Assembly (NCBI GenBank): GCA_034670305.1
Contig: JAXMNT010000007.1
Coordinates: 1 to 64,000, forward strand
DNA from: Deltaproteobacteria bacterium
GTDB taxonomy: Bacteria > Myxococcota_A > Polyangia > Polyangiales > Houyiibacteriaceae
Direction of reading: 5' to 3'
Length of the DNA stretch: 64,000 nucleotides
Positions 9,183-19,200 of the stretch are shown here, in pieces; position 1 is the first letter of the stretch, and each line of letters starts with the position of its first letter. Under the pieces are notes generated by a model that was not told where the DNA came from, made no database searches, and saw nothing but the letters and a program-made list of their open reading frames with translations. A program made the translations under genes and the position numbers.

Positions 9183-10061
9183 GTGCTGCCGGTGGGAACT
9201 GGGGCGGCCGCGTTGCGAGTCGCGGTGATCTTCGCGGCCGCGTGCGGCGGAGCGACGACCTACGACCCGGTCGACCACCTCCACGTGGGCGTCGATGCCC
9301 GCGCGTCGGCGGACGAGCTCGTGGATCACTTCGAGCGGCGCGGCTACCAGCTCGTGCGTCGGGTGGACGTGAACGGGCTCAGTGCGATCGAGCTGCGGGA
9401 GTCGGAACGGCGCAGCGTCCTGAGGGTGCTCACGCGGCGTGGGCAACAGCTCTCGATCGACGCGCCCACCGAAGATCTGCGTCGCGCGCGGGTCGGCATC
9501 TGGCCTCTGTCCCTGGCCGAGGTTCACGCGGACGGCACCGTGCTCGTCGTGTTTGCCGAAGACCTCGCGCGCGAGCGCACGTGTCTCGCGCTTCTCTCGC
9601 TCGCGCCGGACGGACGGTTGGTGGAGACGACGTCGCGTCTCGACATCTCGGAAGACGCATGCGTGGAGCAACTCGTGGTCGAAGGCGGGCGGCTTCGGGC
9701 GACGGTGGTGATGCGCTACCCCGCGCTCTCGATGGGGACGGAGCCGCGGGTGCCGCGCATCCATCTCGCGCCGACCGGGGAGGGCCCCTGGCAGGTGGTG
9801 CCCGCACCGGAGCAGGCCGAGCGGACGCGCAGGATCGCGCTGGCGGCTGCACTTCACGAAGGAGACGTGCGTGCGGGCCATCGCTGCGCGGTCGAACTCG
9901 CGGCGCTTCGAGCCTTGGGCGGCGCGTCCTCAGCGCAGCAGTTGGCGACCTTCGAGGACGCGCTGAGCGGCTTCGAACCCACCGAAGCGCAGACCGAGCG
10001 CATCGCGGAGACCCGTGCGTACATCGCGGACGGCTGGGGCCGTGGCCCGGACGGTTCGTAG
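9183..10061 (+). CDS. hypothetical lipoprotein (start uncertain)
   Basis: Lipobox-like VAVIFAAAC-GG. The ORF is open upstream through the 18-bp array, but a start at 8937/8943 would nearly abut the divergent gene. Confidence 0.6.
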   Translation: MLPVGTGAAALRVAVIFAAACGGATTYDPVDHLHVGVDARASADELVDHFERRGYQLVRRVDVNGLSAIELRESERRSVLRVLTRRGQQLSIDAPTEDLRRARVGIWPLSLAEVHADGTVLVVFAEDLARERTCLALLSLAPDGRLVETTSRLDISEDACVEQLVVEGGRLRATVVMRYPALSMGTEPRVPRIHLAPTGEGPWQVVPAPEQAERTRRIALAAALHEGDVRAGHRCAVELAALRALGGASSAQQLATFEDALSGFEPTEAQTERIAETRAYIADGWGRGPDGS

Positions 10062-10102
10062 CCCGCGGTTGCCTCGCCCCATACAGAGGTTATGGGGGAC
10101 CG

Positions 10103-10597
10103 GTGGCAACCAAGAAGCGGCGGGTCGAGCAAGGCGTCGACGGCATGGAGTTGCTCGTCTGCCGCAACCCGAAGGCGACCCATCGATACGAGATCGAAGA
10201 GGTCATCGAGGTCGGCATGGTGTTGCAGGGATCTGAGGTGAAGAGCCTGCGCGCGCGGCGCGCGGATCTCGAGGGCTCCTATGCAGTCGTGCAGGACGGG
10301 GAGCTCTGGCTGCACAAGATGCACATCGCGCCGTACGAGCAGGCGGGCCCTTCCACCCAGCACGACCCGAAGCGGTCTCGGAAACTGCTGGCGCACCGCC
10401 ACGAGATCCAGAAGCTCCAGGGTCGGTTGACCACCAAGGGCTTCACCCTGGTCCCCCTCCAGGTCTACTTCCGCAACGGCGTCTGCAAGGCGCAGCTCGG
10501 TCTCGGCAAGGGCCGAAAAGTCCACGACGACCGCGAGAGCATTCGGCGCAAAGTGGAGCTGCGCGAAGCGCGGGACGCGGTGCGGGGCAAGCGGTGA
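10103..10597 (+). CDS. smpB: SsrA-binding protein
   Basis: NPKATHRY, GMVLQGSEVKSLR, ELWL..MHIAPY, R.RKLLAHRHEI, TLVPL..Y, GKGRK.HD.R. Confidence 0.96.
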   Translation: MATKKRRVEQGVDGMELLVCRNPKATHRYEIEEVIEVGMVLQGSEVKSLRARRADLEGSYAVVQDGELWLHKMHIAPYEQAGPSTQHDPKRSRKLLAHRHEIQKLQGRLTTKGFTLVPLQVYFRNGVCKAQLGLGKGRKVHDDRESIRRKVELREARDAVRGKR

Positions 10598-10839
10598 CGG
10601 TGCCGGCGGTGTTCGTGCGCAACACGCCCGGAAGTTTCGTCGCGTACGCCAAGATGATTCTCACCGTACGCTGTTCGGAACCGTTCGCGCCCGGACAGCC
10701 GGTGCCGTTGCGCATCGACGAGATCCCGCTCGAGGGCAAGTCGATCGGGAGCCGGCGTCAGGCGGACGGGCAGTTCGAAGTGCGGATGCGTCTCATCAAC
10801 CTGCGGCGCGAACACCGCCTGCACCTCGAAGCGCTCTAG
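10594..10839 (+). CDS. small hypothetical protein coupled to smpB
   Basis: 81-aa ORF whose GTG overlaps the smpB stop (GTGA); beta-rich sequence. Confidence 0.55.
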   Translation: MTVPAVFVRNTPGSFVAYAKMILTVRCSEPFAPGQPVPLRIDEIPLEGKSIGSRRQADGQFEVRMRLINLRREHRLHLEAL

Positions 10840-10852
10840 TTTCTTGGCCTAC

Positions 10853-10929
10853 GGCCTGCGCAGGTGCACGGGTGGAGCTGCCCAACTCGCAGGCGTCATC
10901 TCATCTGGCTCGCTTTGCGAGACTGGCGG
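10853..10929. repeat. degenerate REP-like unit (same family as the 38.0-39.2 kb copies)
   Basis: CTGGCTCGCTTTGCGAGACTGGCGG at 10905-10929, plus GGCCTGCGCAGGTGCAC at 10853 shared with about 38195. Confidence 0.7.
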
Positions 10930-11583
10930 TCAGCTGTCGCCCCAGCTGAGTTCGTAACCGTCGCATGTGGCGCGGCCGCCTTGGCGAGACACCCGCGCGT
11001 AGACCCGGCCGCTGTCGTCGATGCCGGTGCACTTGGGTGCCAGGGTGACCTGTGCAGCGCCTTCGGTGGTCACGAGGCAGCAGCCTTCGATCTCACCGTC
11101 CACGAGCACGTGCGGGGTGCCGCTGTCGCAACCGATGCCGTCGCTGTCGATCTCGGAGTCGCAGTCGAAGTACACGCAGAGCTCCCACACCACGCCGGCC
11201 GGCCGGGCGGACAAGGTCGCGCGCGGATCGACATCGGCGAACGCGCCGTCGTCGACGTGCCAGACGTACCAGTCTTGGTCGGAGATGGGAGAGATGTCGC
11301 CCATCTCCGTCCCCGACGGGAAGTCGTCGCCATCGCTGATGTCGCCGAGCTCCTTGGCTTCGGTGTAGTCGTCGTCGGGGACCGGGTCGTCGCACATCTC
11401 GACGGGACCGCTGTCGGTGCCGGCGTCGGCCATCGTCATGCCCGCATCGGTGCCCGCGTCGGTGCCGCCGCCGGCATCGTCGCCGACCGAGGTGTCGAGA
11501 AAGCCCGCGTCGCCCATGGGGGGCATGGAGTCGTCGCCGCAGCCGAGCGAGACGAGAAGGGAGAACAAGAGGATCAGTCGCAT
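10930..11583 (-). CDS. Cys-rich acidic lipoprotein with DAG linker and PPC-like DxDWY motif
   Basis: MRLILLFSLLVSLGC lipobox; DAGTDAG linker; DQDWY; several Cys. Confidence 0.75.
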   Translation of the reverse strand: MRLILLFSLLVSLGCGDDSMPPMGDAGFLDTSVGDDAGGGTDAGTDAGMTMADAGTDSGPVEMCDDPVPDDDYTEAKELGDISDGDDFPSGTEMGDISPISDQDWYVWHVDDGAFADVDPRATLSARPAGVVWELCVYFDCDSEIDSDGIGCDSGTPHVLVDGEIEGCCLVTTEGAAQVTLAPKCTGIDDSGRVYARVSRQGGRATCDGYELSWGDS

Positions 11584-11608
11584 GGTGTCTTCGTCGCTTG
11601 TGGAGGGC

Positions 11609-13096
11609 TCAGTAGAGCGGGGCGCTGCCGGCGCACTCGTCGCCCCAGTCGCCAAAGTAGATGGGGTTCGTCACGACCTCGGTGTCGTTCGCTGGGCCGA
11701 CGACGTCGCGCTCGAGCACGAAACGGATGAAGCCACGGCTGGTCACCGGCACGTCGAGCTCGATCGTGAAGGGATCGGCCGGGTCGATGTCGTACTCGGA
11801 AGCGGTCTCGTAGCCGGTGTCGTAGTCGACTTCTCGTTTCCAGAGTTCGTCCGAGGCACTGGCTTCCGTCCACGCAAGCAGGTTGAAGTGGCTGCTGCTC
11901 CCAGCCGACGACACCTGGGTCATGCGGACCCGGACCCGAATCGATGTCTGTCCACCCAGCACCGCCGCGGAGATGCAGTCGCCCGCGCGCGCGTCGTGGA
12001 AGCGCCCATCGCCATCCACATCGGCACCGACGAAGAGCCGCGGCGCGGTGTCGCTCTCGGTGACCATGATGTGGCCGCGCCGGATCGCGTCGACCATGGT
12101 GTCGCTCTGCATGTCGATGGTCGCGTCCGGTGAATCGAGCGCGTCGTTCACGGTGGCGGGCAACGGCAGAGCGGGATCGATCCGCACGTAGTTCACTGCG
12201 ATGCCGAACGTCGGGGCTTCGAGACCCGGGATGTCGCCGCCGCCGTGGTGGTGGTCGGCGCCGGCGGTCCCGGCGAGCCGCTGACCTTCGACCAACCGCC
12301 GCTGCCACCAGTTGCGGGCTTCTTTGCTGGACTGTAGCCCCGCGCTGCCGGTCCAGTCGTCGAGCGGGTTCGGCGGAATGCCGACCTCCACGCCGTCCGC
12401 GCCGAGGCTGTCCTCGGGGAACGTGTGGATCGAGAGTTCGGGGTGGTTGATCACCGCGATGCCGCCGGCGGCGTGCACCGACGCGATGACGTCGCGGTAG
12501 ACGTTCATGTCGGGCACCGCTTCTTGGTTCCCGTCTCCGAAGACCCAGTTCATCGCCAGCGCGTCGGCGTTCGAGGCCACCGCCATGCGCGGCCAGAAGA
12601 GCGTCATGTGTCCGTCGCCGCTGCTCCACTCGGTGCCGCGCACCGGCGTCGCGTAGCGGGTGCGATCGATGTCGGCGAGCGGCGCAAACGCCGGATCGAA
12701 CCAGGCATCGATGTTGTTGTGGTCGGTGATGATCATGTGGCTGGCGTTGTTGGCCAGCCCTTCCTGAAGGAACCCGAGGATGCCCTCGGCCGCGTAGCAC
12801 TGCCCTTCGGGGGGCAGACCCGGGTCCCGAGGACTGTTCGCGCAGTCGTGAAAGCCGGTCGTGTGCAGATGGGACTGCATGAAGACCCAGACTTCCTGGC
12901 CTTCGTCCCCGATGTCGGTGGCCGGCTCCCGCTCGACGTCCGGGGCGTCTTCACCACTCGGCGCATCGATCGAGGCGTCGGTGGTGGGTGCATCCGGGAT
13001 CGCTGCGTCGGTTGTCGAGTCGTCGTCCCCTCCGCAGGCCACGAGGAGTGGCGGGGTGACGAAGAAAGAGAGGGCGATGAGGAGCATCCAGCGCAT
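11609..13096 (-). CDS. PHP-domain metallohydrolase lipoprotein (CehA/McbA-like)
   Basis: Lipobox LLVAC; PHP metal ligands HLHT, TDHN, GTEW, GHM, NHP, GADHH. Confidence 0.8.
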   Translation of the reverse strand: MRWMLLIALSFFVTPPLLVACGGDDDSTTDAAIPDAPTTDASIDAPSGEDAPDVEREPATDIGDEGQEVWVFMQSHLHTTGFHDCANSPRDPGLPPEGQCYAAEGILGFLQEGLANNASHMIITDHNNIDAWFDPAFAPLADIDRTRYATPVRGTEWSSGDGHMTLFWPRMAVASNADALAMNWVFGDGNQEAVPDMNVYRDVIASVHAAGGIAVINHPELSIHTFPEDSLGADGVEVGIPPNPLDDWTGSAGLQSSKEARNWWQRRLVEGQRLAGTAGADHHHGGGDIPGLEAPTFGIAVNYVRIDPALPLPATVNDALDSPDATIDMQSDTMVDAIRRGHIMVTESDTAPRLFVGADVDGDGRFHDARAGDCISAAVLGGQTSIRVRVRMTQVSSAGSSSHFNLLAWTEASASDELWKREVDYDTGYETASEYDIDPADPFTIELDVPVTSRGFIRFVLERDVVGPANDTEVVTNPIYFGDWGDECAGSAPLY

Positions 13097-13139
13097 GGCG
13101 CAGGGTACCGCGATGTGCGGGTTCAGTCGCCTGTTGCGG

Positions 13140-14720
13140 TCAGTCGAGCAGCACGCCGGGGTTCAGGATGGTGGCGGGATCGAGTGCGTGTTTGCTGGCG
13201 CGCAGTGCCTCCGCAAAGGGTGCCGGGCGCTGCTGGTCGTACCATGGGCGGTGGGTGCGCCCGACCGCGTGGTGGTGGGTGATGGTGCCGCCGTGCCGCA
13301 TCAGCGCGTCGCTCGCCGCGGTCTTCACGGCCATCCACTGTTCGAGTTCCGCGCCAGGCCGGGCCGGGCCGAGGAAGGTGTAATAAGGTGCGGGCCCGTC
13401 CGGGTAGACGTGGGTGAATCGGCAACTGACCCGGCCGCGTCCGCAATGTTCCTTGAGTGCGCCCCGCACACTGCGAACGATGTCCTCGTGCATCGCTGGG
13501 AAATCCGACCACGTGCACGCGGTCTCGAAGGTGTCGACGAGCACCCCCAGGCTGACCAGTGTGTTCATCAGGTATGGCGCTTCGACGAATGCGTTCTTCC
13601 ACTGCCCCGCGGCGCCACGGGTCGCTTCGCGATCCTCGCTCCGGAACTGGGGGCCGAGTGGACAGGTGCCGCGGTGATCGGCCGTGATCTCGAGCGCACG
13701 CGTCATCGGGTGCTCGAGGCTGTGGTCGGCGCCTTCGAACCCGACGATCAACACGTGGCTCCCGTCCTGGGTCACGAAGTTCATCGCGGCTTCGCGTTTG
13801 TCGAGCAGCCGGCAGTTGGTCGGGTGAAGACCCGATTGCGCCAGCGTCCGAGCCGCCGCGACGGCGTCGTCGAACTCCGTGAAGTGCACGCTCGCGTTCG
13901 CCCGGAACACGGGACGCCGGCGCACCCGCATCCACGCTTCGGTGACGATGCCCAAGGTGCCTTCGGACCCCAGCAGGGCGCGGTCGGGGCTCGGTCCAGC
14001 CCCGCTTCCAGGAAGCGGACGCGACTGCCAGACGCCGCGGGGCGTCACCGCGCGCACCGACGCCGTCAGGTCGTCGATGTGGGTCTGCAGCGTCGCGAAG
14101 TGACCGCCGGCCCGGGTCGCGATCCAGCCACCGAGGGTGGAGAACTCGAAACTCTGGGGATAGAACCGGAGGGTCAGGCCGCGCTCGCCGAGCTGGGACT
14201 CGAGCGAAGGGCCAAGAGCGCCTCCTTGGATGCGTGCGAGCAGGGAGGTCTCGTCGATCTCTGCAACCTGGTCGAATGCGGCGAGGTCGAGCGCGACGCG
14301 TCGCCGCTCACGCGGTCCTTCGACGCCTCCGACCACACTGGTGCCGCCGCCCCACGGGACCACGGCCACGTGCTCTCGCTCTGCCCATTCGAGGAGCGCT
14401 TCGATCGCTGCTTCGGTGGTTGGGCGCGCGACCGCATCGGGGGCCGCGTCGAACTCGCCGCGGAATCCGCGGACCACGTCGCGGTAGGAGCGGCCGTAGG
14501 TGTGGCGGATGCGTTCCTCGGTGTCGGTCGTGATCGCGGGATGCGCATCGAGGCGGGGCGGCGGAAGTTCGACGGCCTCCAGCGGGACTGGCTCGATCGG
14601 AGGCCGGGTCTCGAACCCCAGCAGCGCCTGCACCTGTTGGCCGAGCTGCGCCCGCGTCTTCGTGTCGGGGAACTTGTCCGCCCAGCCCCATCCCCAGTGA
14701 CTCCGTTTGCGTCCGGTCAT
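13140..14720 (-). CDS. FAD-binding oxidoreductase, alkyl-DHAP synthase-like (VAO/PCMH family)
   Basis: PWGGGTSVVGG, PQSFEFSTLGGWIATRAGG, GSEGTLG, DTFETA, THVYPDG, ITHHHAVG, LNPG. Confidence 0.88.
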   Translation of the reverse strand: MTGRKRSHWGWGWADKFPDTKTRAQLGQQVQALLGFETRPPIEPVPLEAVELPPPRLDAHPAITTDTEERIRHTYGRSYRDVVRGFRGEFDAAPDAVARPTTEAAIEALLEWAEREHVAVVPWGGGTSVVGGVEGPRERRRVALDLAAFDQVAEIDETSLLARIQGGALGPSLESQLGERGLTLRFYPQSFEFSTLGGWIATRAGGHFATLQTHIDDLTASVRAVTPRGVWQSRPLPGSGAGPSPDRALLGSEGTLGIVTEAWMRVRRRPVFRANASVHFTEFDDAVAAARTLAQSGLHPTNCRLLDKREAAMNFVTQDGSHVLIVGFEGADHSLEHPMTRALEITADHRGTCPLGPQFRSEDREATRGAAGQWKNAFVEAPYLMNTLVSLGVLVDTFETACTWSDFPAMHEDIVRSVRGALKEHCGRGRVSCRFTHVYPDGPAPYYTFLGPARPGAELEQWMAVKTAASDALMRHGGTITHHHAVGRTHRPWYDQQRPAPFAEALRASKHALDPATILNPGVLLD

Positions 14721-14730
14721 GGACGAGAAG

Positions 14731-16083
14731 TTACTCGAACTCGTCCGCCGAGAGTTCGCTGAGGTACATCAAGACCGGCGGGTAGGTGGCGGCCAACTCG
14801 TTGAACCGCTTCGCCGGGAGACGCAGGAGCAGCACGTCGCTCATGCAGGTCACGTCGGTCGTGGAGGGCTCGCGACTCAGCAGCGTGCGCTGCCCGAGGA
14901 TGGCGCCCGGGCCGCGAAGGTGGTCGCCCACGAGGAGTTCGCCAAGGAGTGTGCAGTAGAGCCCGTCGCTTCGTTTGCCCGCCGAGACCAAGACCGTGCC
15001 TTCTTCCGCCCGTCTCAGTTCGAAGAGCGCCGCCACTTCGGTGCGGGTGTGCGGGTCGAAGCCGGCAAACACCGGCGAGGTCTGAAGCAGGTTGGAGATG
15101 AGCCTCCGCGCGAGCAGCTCGAGCAGCACATCGCCGAGGATGGGGTGCTCAGGGACCAGTGCATCCAGCGTCGCCTTGGGGATGCGCAGCGCACGCACGC
15201 CACCCGCACCCGCGAGCACGTCGGCGCGGCGCCGGACGTCGTCCAGGAGGCAGGTTTCACCGATGACGTCGCCCTCGCCCAGCACGATGGGCTCGAGCCC
15301 CGGTACGTGGACGTGGGCGTCGCCCTCGACCAGCACGAAGAGCGCATCCGAGACCTCGCCCTCGCTGACGATGGGCTGGCCGGCAGGCGTGTCGACGAGC
15401 TCCGCCTTCACCACCAGTTCGAGCAAGACCTCGCGCGGCACCTCGGCGAAAAGCGGCGTGCTCGGAAGCTGCGCCACGTGATCGGCGGGCGCGCGTTCTG
15501 GCTCTTCGTCGAGATCGAGAAAGACGAGTTCGTCCGCGTCGACCTCCATCGTGGTTCGAGGGGAGGGCGCCCGCGGGACCAACTCGATCTCGCACAGATC
15601 GATCTCGATCGCGTCCTCGTCGCCGTCCAGATCGAGAAAGCGCACCTCGTCGTCGTCGGCGGAGTCGTCCACCGCGAGCGGCGTCGCGGTGTGCATGCTC
15701 TTGCGCGCGTCGGCCCCGTGGTCGTCTTGGCTGTAGCTCTTGCGCTTCTTTCGATGGAGTCTGCGCGCGGCCTCCGGGTCGACGCTTGCGAGCACATCGA
15801 CGCGCAGCGGGTCGATCGAGAGGATCACCTTCGCCATGGCGGCGGCACGTGCGACGAAACCCCGCTCGGCGTAGCGCCGGACCGCGCGGGCGTACGCCTC
15901 GATGGCCTGGGCGTCCCGCTTGAGCCGCCGGAGGAGATCCCCATGCCGGTGGGGCCAGCGAGGCTCGTCCGGTTCCTCGGATTCGAGGGCGGCGTAGAGC
16001 GTCAGCGCATCGGAGTGCCGCTCCTTGCGAAGCGCCTTGTCGAGCGCGTCGCGGAGTTTTCGCAGAGCCTTGGGCGACGCCAT
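14731..16083 (-). CDS. cyclic-nucleotide-binding domain protein (N-terminal TPR-like region, two cNMP domains)
   Basis: TPR-like N-terminus, acidic linker, PLFAE...IVSEGE..DALFVLVEG...GE..LL...RRADV and a second similar domain; no HTH. Confidence 0.82.
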   Translation of the reverse strand: MASPKALRKLRDALDKALRKERHSDALTLYAALESEEPDEPRWPHRHGDLLRRLKRDAQAIEAYARAVRRYAERGFVARAAAMAKVILSIDPLRVDVLASVDPEAARRLHRKKRKSYSQDDHGADARKSMHTATPLAVDDSADDDEVRFLDLDGDEDAIEIDLCEIELVPRAPSPRTTMEVDADELVFLDLDEEPERAPADHVAQLPSTPLFAEVPREVLLELVVKAELVDTPAGQPIVSEGEVSDALFVLVEGDAHVHVPGLEPIVLGEGDVIGETCLLDDVRRRADVLAGAGGVRALRIPKATLDALVPEHPILGDVLLELLARRLISNLLQTSPVFAGFDPHTRTEVAALFELRRAEEGTVLVSAGKRSDGLYCTLLGELLVGDHLRGPGAILGQRTLLSREPSTTDVTCMSDVLLLRLPAKRFNELAATYPPVLMYLSELSADEFE

Positions 16084-16130
16084 GACCAGAGGGTAACCCG
16101 GGGCACGGCCGGCTTCCTGTATTCCGCGAG

Positions 16131-16244
16131 CCAGCACTGCGGTTCATCTGGCCAGCCCTGCGGTTCTGCAGCCCTGTACTGCGGTTCCCGAAGCCAGCAC
16201 TGCGGTTCCCGAAGGCAGTACTGCGGTTCCGCAGGCCAGCACCC
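16131..16244. repeat. 21-bp-period array with invariant CTGCGGTTC core (5 copies)
   Basis: Core at 16137, 16158, 16179, 16200 and 16221. Confidence 0.9.
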
Positions 16245-16256
16245 GCTGGCCCTCGA

Positions 16257-19200
16257 TCAGGACGGTTGCGCGGAGGGCACGACGAGCACGTGATCGAGTT
16301 CGAGGCGCACCGCGTCCTCGGTGGTGAACTCGACGAAGCGCGGCGCAGTGTCCAGTGGAATGCGGAACTCGCCGCCCTCGCCATCCACGGAGAACGACGA
16401 CTCCCTCGTGCCCGTGGAGACCGTCACGACGGCGGCCGGGGCCGCGTCCGCACGCCGCGCGCGGACCACCAGCAGCACACGCCCACCGCGGTCATTCGGC
16501 AACTTCAAAGCGACCCGAACATGCGGCCTGGTCGTGGTGCACACGGTCCGTGCGAGGTAGTTCCATTCGTGGCGCAGTGGGCCGGCCTCGCAGTCCCCGA
16601 AGCCTTCCCGGCCCTCGAGCGACTCGGCGTCCACGCCGCCCACCGCTCCGGTCTCCACCGCGCCGAGCCGCACGAGCGCTTCGCCCGGGTACTTGAGGTC
16701 CACGTCCTCCACGAGCGGGATCAGCAGCGGGATTCCGCGCGCGTCGCCCAGGGATCCCAGCGCCCGGGCGACCGCATCGCGCACCGTCGAGTGGGTCTCC
16801 CAGCGGATGGTGCGGGCGAGCACGCCGAACGCGCGTGGATCTCCGAGGTCGCCGAGCGCCACGACGACGAGCGGTCGAAGCCGCAGGTCCGGGAGCACTT
16901 CGATGAGGGGTTCGAGCGCGCTCGGATCCCGCAACCGCCCGAGCCAACGCACCGCTTCCTCGCGTTCGTACCGTTCTTCGGAGACGTGCAGCGCGTCGAT
17001 GAGGGCGGGCACCGCCGTCGGGTCCCGCAACCGGGCGAGGCTGATCGCGGCGCGGGTCCGCAAGGAGGGCTCCTCGCCGAAGACCAGCCGTTCGAGTGCC
17101 GGCTTGGCGGTCTGGTCGCGCTGCCGCCCAAGGGCGACGGCGGCCTCCGCGGCCAGCAAAGGATCACCTCCTGCCATCACCCGCCGCAGCGCAGGGCGTG
17201 CGTCCCGGCTCGTGAGTTTGGTCAGCAGCTGCGCCGCCTCGATGCGATCCTCACGCCCCGCTTCCGAATCTTCCAGCAGCACACAGAGCGGTTCGATCGC
17301 CCGTCGATCGCGGACGCGTCCGAGGGTGAGGGCGCGTTCGTTCGGGTCGATGTCCTCCACTTCGGCGACCCCATCGAGCCAGGCGTAGATCTCGCCCTTG
17401 AGGTCTTCGAGCAGCTCGGTCTCCGTGCCGGCGAGGTTGTCCCGCTCGCGCTCGTCGACGCTGAGGTCGTAGAGCTCGAAGAGTCCGAAGCGCAGGTCGG
17501 CCACCAGCTTGTAGGGCCACCGCACGACCATCTTCTTGTACGAGACGGCCCCGAAAACGGGTGGCATCGGATCCGGGTCGGCGTCCAGCCGTCCGCGCAC
17601 GTCGTGCCCGAACATCGCCGGGTCGGCGGCGCGTCCCACGAGCGCGAGCAACGTCGGTGTGAGATCCACGAGGCTGGTCGGGGCGACCACGCGGCGCGCT
17701 TCGGTGCCGGGCACGTGGAGGATGAGCGGCACCCGGATCTGTTCTTCGTAGAGCGTGGAGCCGTGGTAGAGGCCGCCGTGATCGCGGAACTCTTCGCCGT
17801 GGTCGGCGGTCACGGCGACGATGAGCGGGCGCGTCATGCGCGCGCGCAGGCCCTCGAGCAAACGCCGAAAGGCACGGTCGACGTTGCGCAGTTCGCCGTC
17901 GTAGCGGTCGATGTCGCTCGTGCCCAGCGAGGTCTCTCGGTAGGGCTCGTGCACGTCGAAGAAGTGGGACCACAAGAGCGACGGCGGCTCCCCGTTCTCC
18001 ATGATCCGGTCGAGCTCTTCGAGCGTGGCGTCCGCCATGCTCTCGGCGACTCGGTTCGCGTGGTCGTGTCGTTGAAACCCGAACGCGCTCTCGTCGTACA
18101 CGCGCATGCGTTCGCCCTCGGTGTGGAACACGCCGCGCGTGTAGAACGCCGCGGTGTGGTAGCCGGAGTCCGTCAACAGCGAGGCGAGTGTCTCCGTGGG
18201 CAGCGGTCGACCGAGCTCCACGAGCTGGTGCACGTAGCTCGACGTCATCATCGAAGAGATGGAATACGAACTGTGGGGGGCCGCCGCATACGCACGCTCG
18301 AACACCACCGACTCCGCCGCGAACCGGTCGAGGTTCGGGGTCAGGTCGCGGTCGTACCCATAGGCACCAAGGTGATCGGCCCGGAGGGCGTCGATCGTGA
18401 CGAGCAGCACGTGCGCGTCTTCCAGCACCGGCGCGCCGGACAGATCGGTGCGGCGTTCGGCGGCGCGCGCCCGAGCCCGGGCGATCGCCTCCCGGTTGGC
18501 GCCCGTCCCGTCCGGCAACAAGGGGGCGACGGCGCGCATCAAGCTGTGGCTGTTCGAAGCGCGGGCATCGAACAACGCGACCCGCGCATTCAGCCGTGGG
18601 CCGATCGTCCAAAGGTTCGCACCCAGCGCGAGCGCCAGCCCCACGGCCCACGCCGCGGGCCGCCAGCCATCGGCTTGCCTCTTCGCGAAGCGCAACACCG
18701 GGGGGAAGACAGGAACCGCCACGACCACGAACCATCCAGCGACCGTCCACGCGAGAATGCTCGAGCCGGTGTGGAGCGGCTCGTAGAGCTTGGGCAGTAC
18801 CGTTTGATCGATCTTCGTCACGGCGACGAAGAGGGCCAGCAGCCCCAACGCAATGGTGCGCCGGACACGCGGAGATCGTTCCGACCATGCGTGGAGCGCA
18901 CCGGCCACGCGAAGCCCCGTGTAGGTGCCGCCCAGGAGGATCAGGAACGCACCCGCCTTGAACGCCCACAACGGTTCGAGCGTCCGGGCCTTGCCGCCAT
19001 CGAACAAGCGGAGGGCGAGGTCGAGCAGCATGGGCGCGAGCAGGAGAACGAACGGCAGGGGCCAACGCCGCTTGGAGCGCGCGAGGGTGCCGGCGCGGCG
19101 AAGTGTCTCACATGCCCCAATCGCCCCGCCCACGAGGGCACCAAGCGGCAACTGAAACGCCAACATGCGCAGCAGCACCTCCAGGCGCTCTCCCCAAGTG

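Noticed and set aside
10598..10930. tmRNA (ssrA) next to smpB
   Set aside because: No GGGG...TCCACCA-type tmRNA ends or tag frame seen; the space holds a small ORF and a REP-like unit.
16131..16244. 21-bp array as a mini-CRISPR
   Set aside because: The 9-bp core and 12-bp related spacers are far too short.
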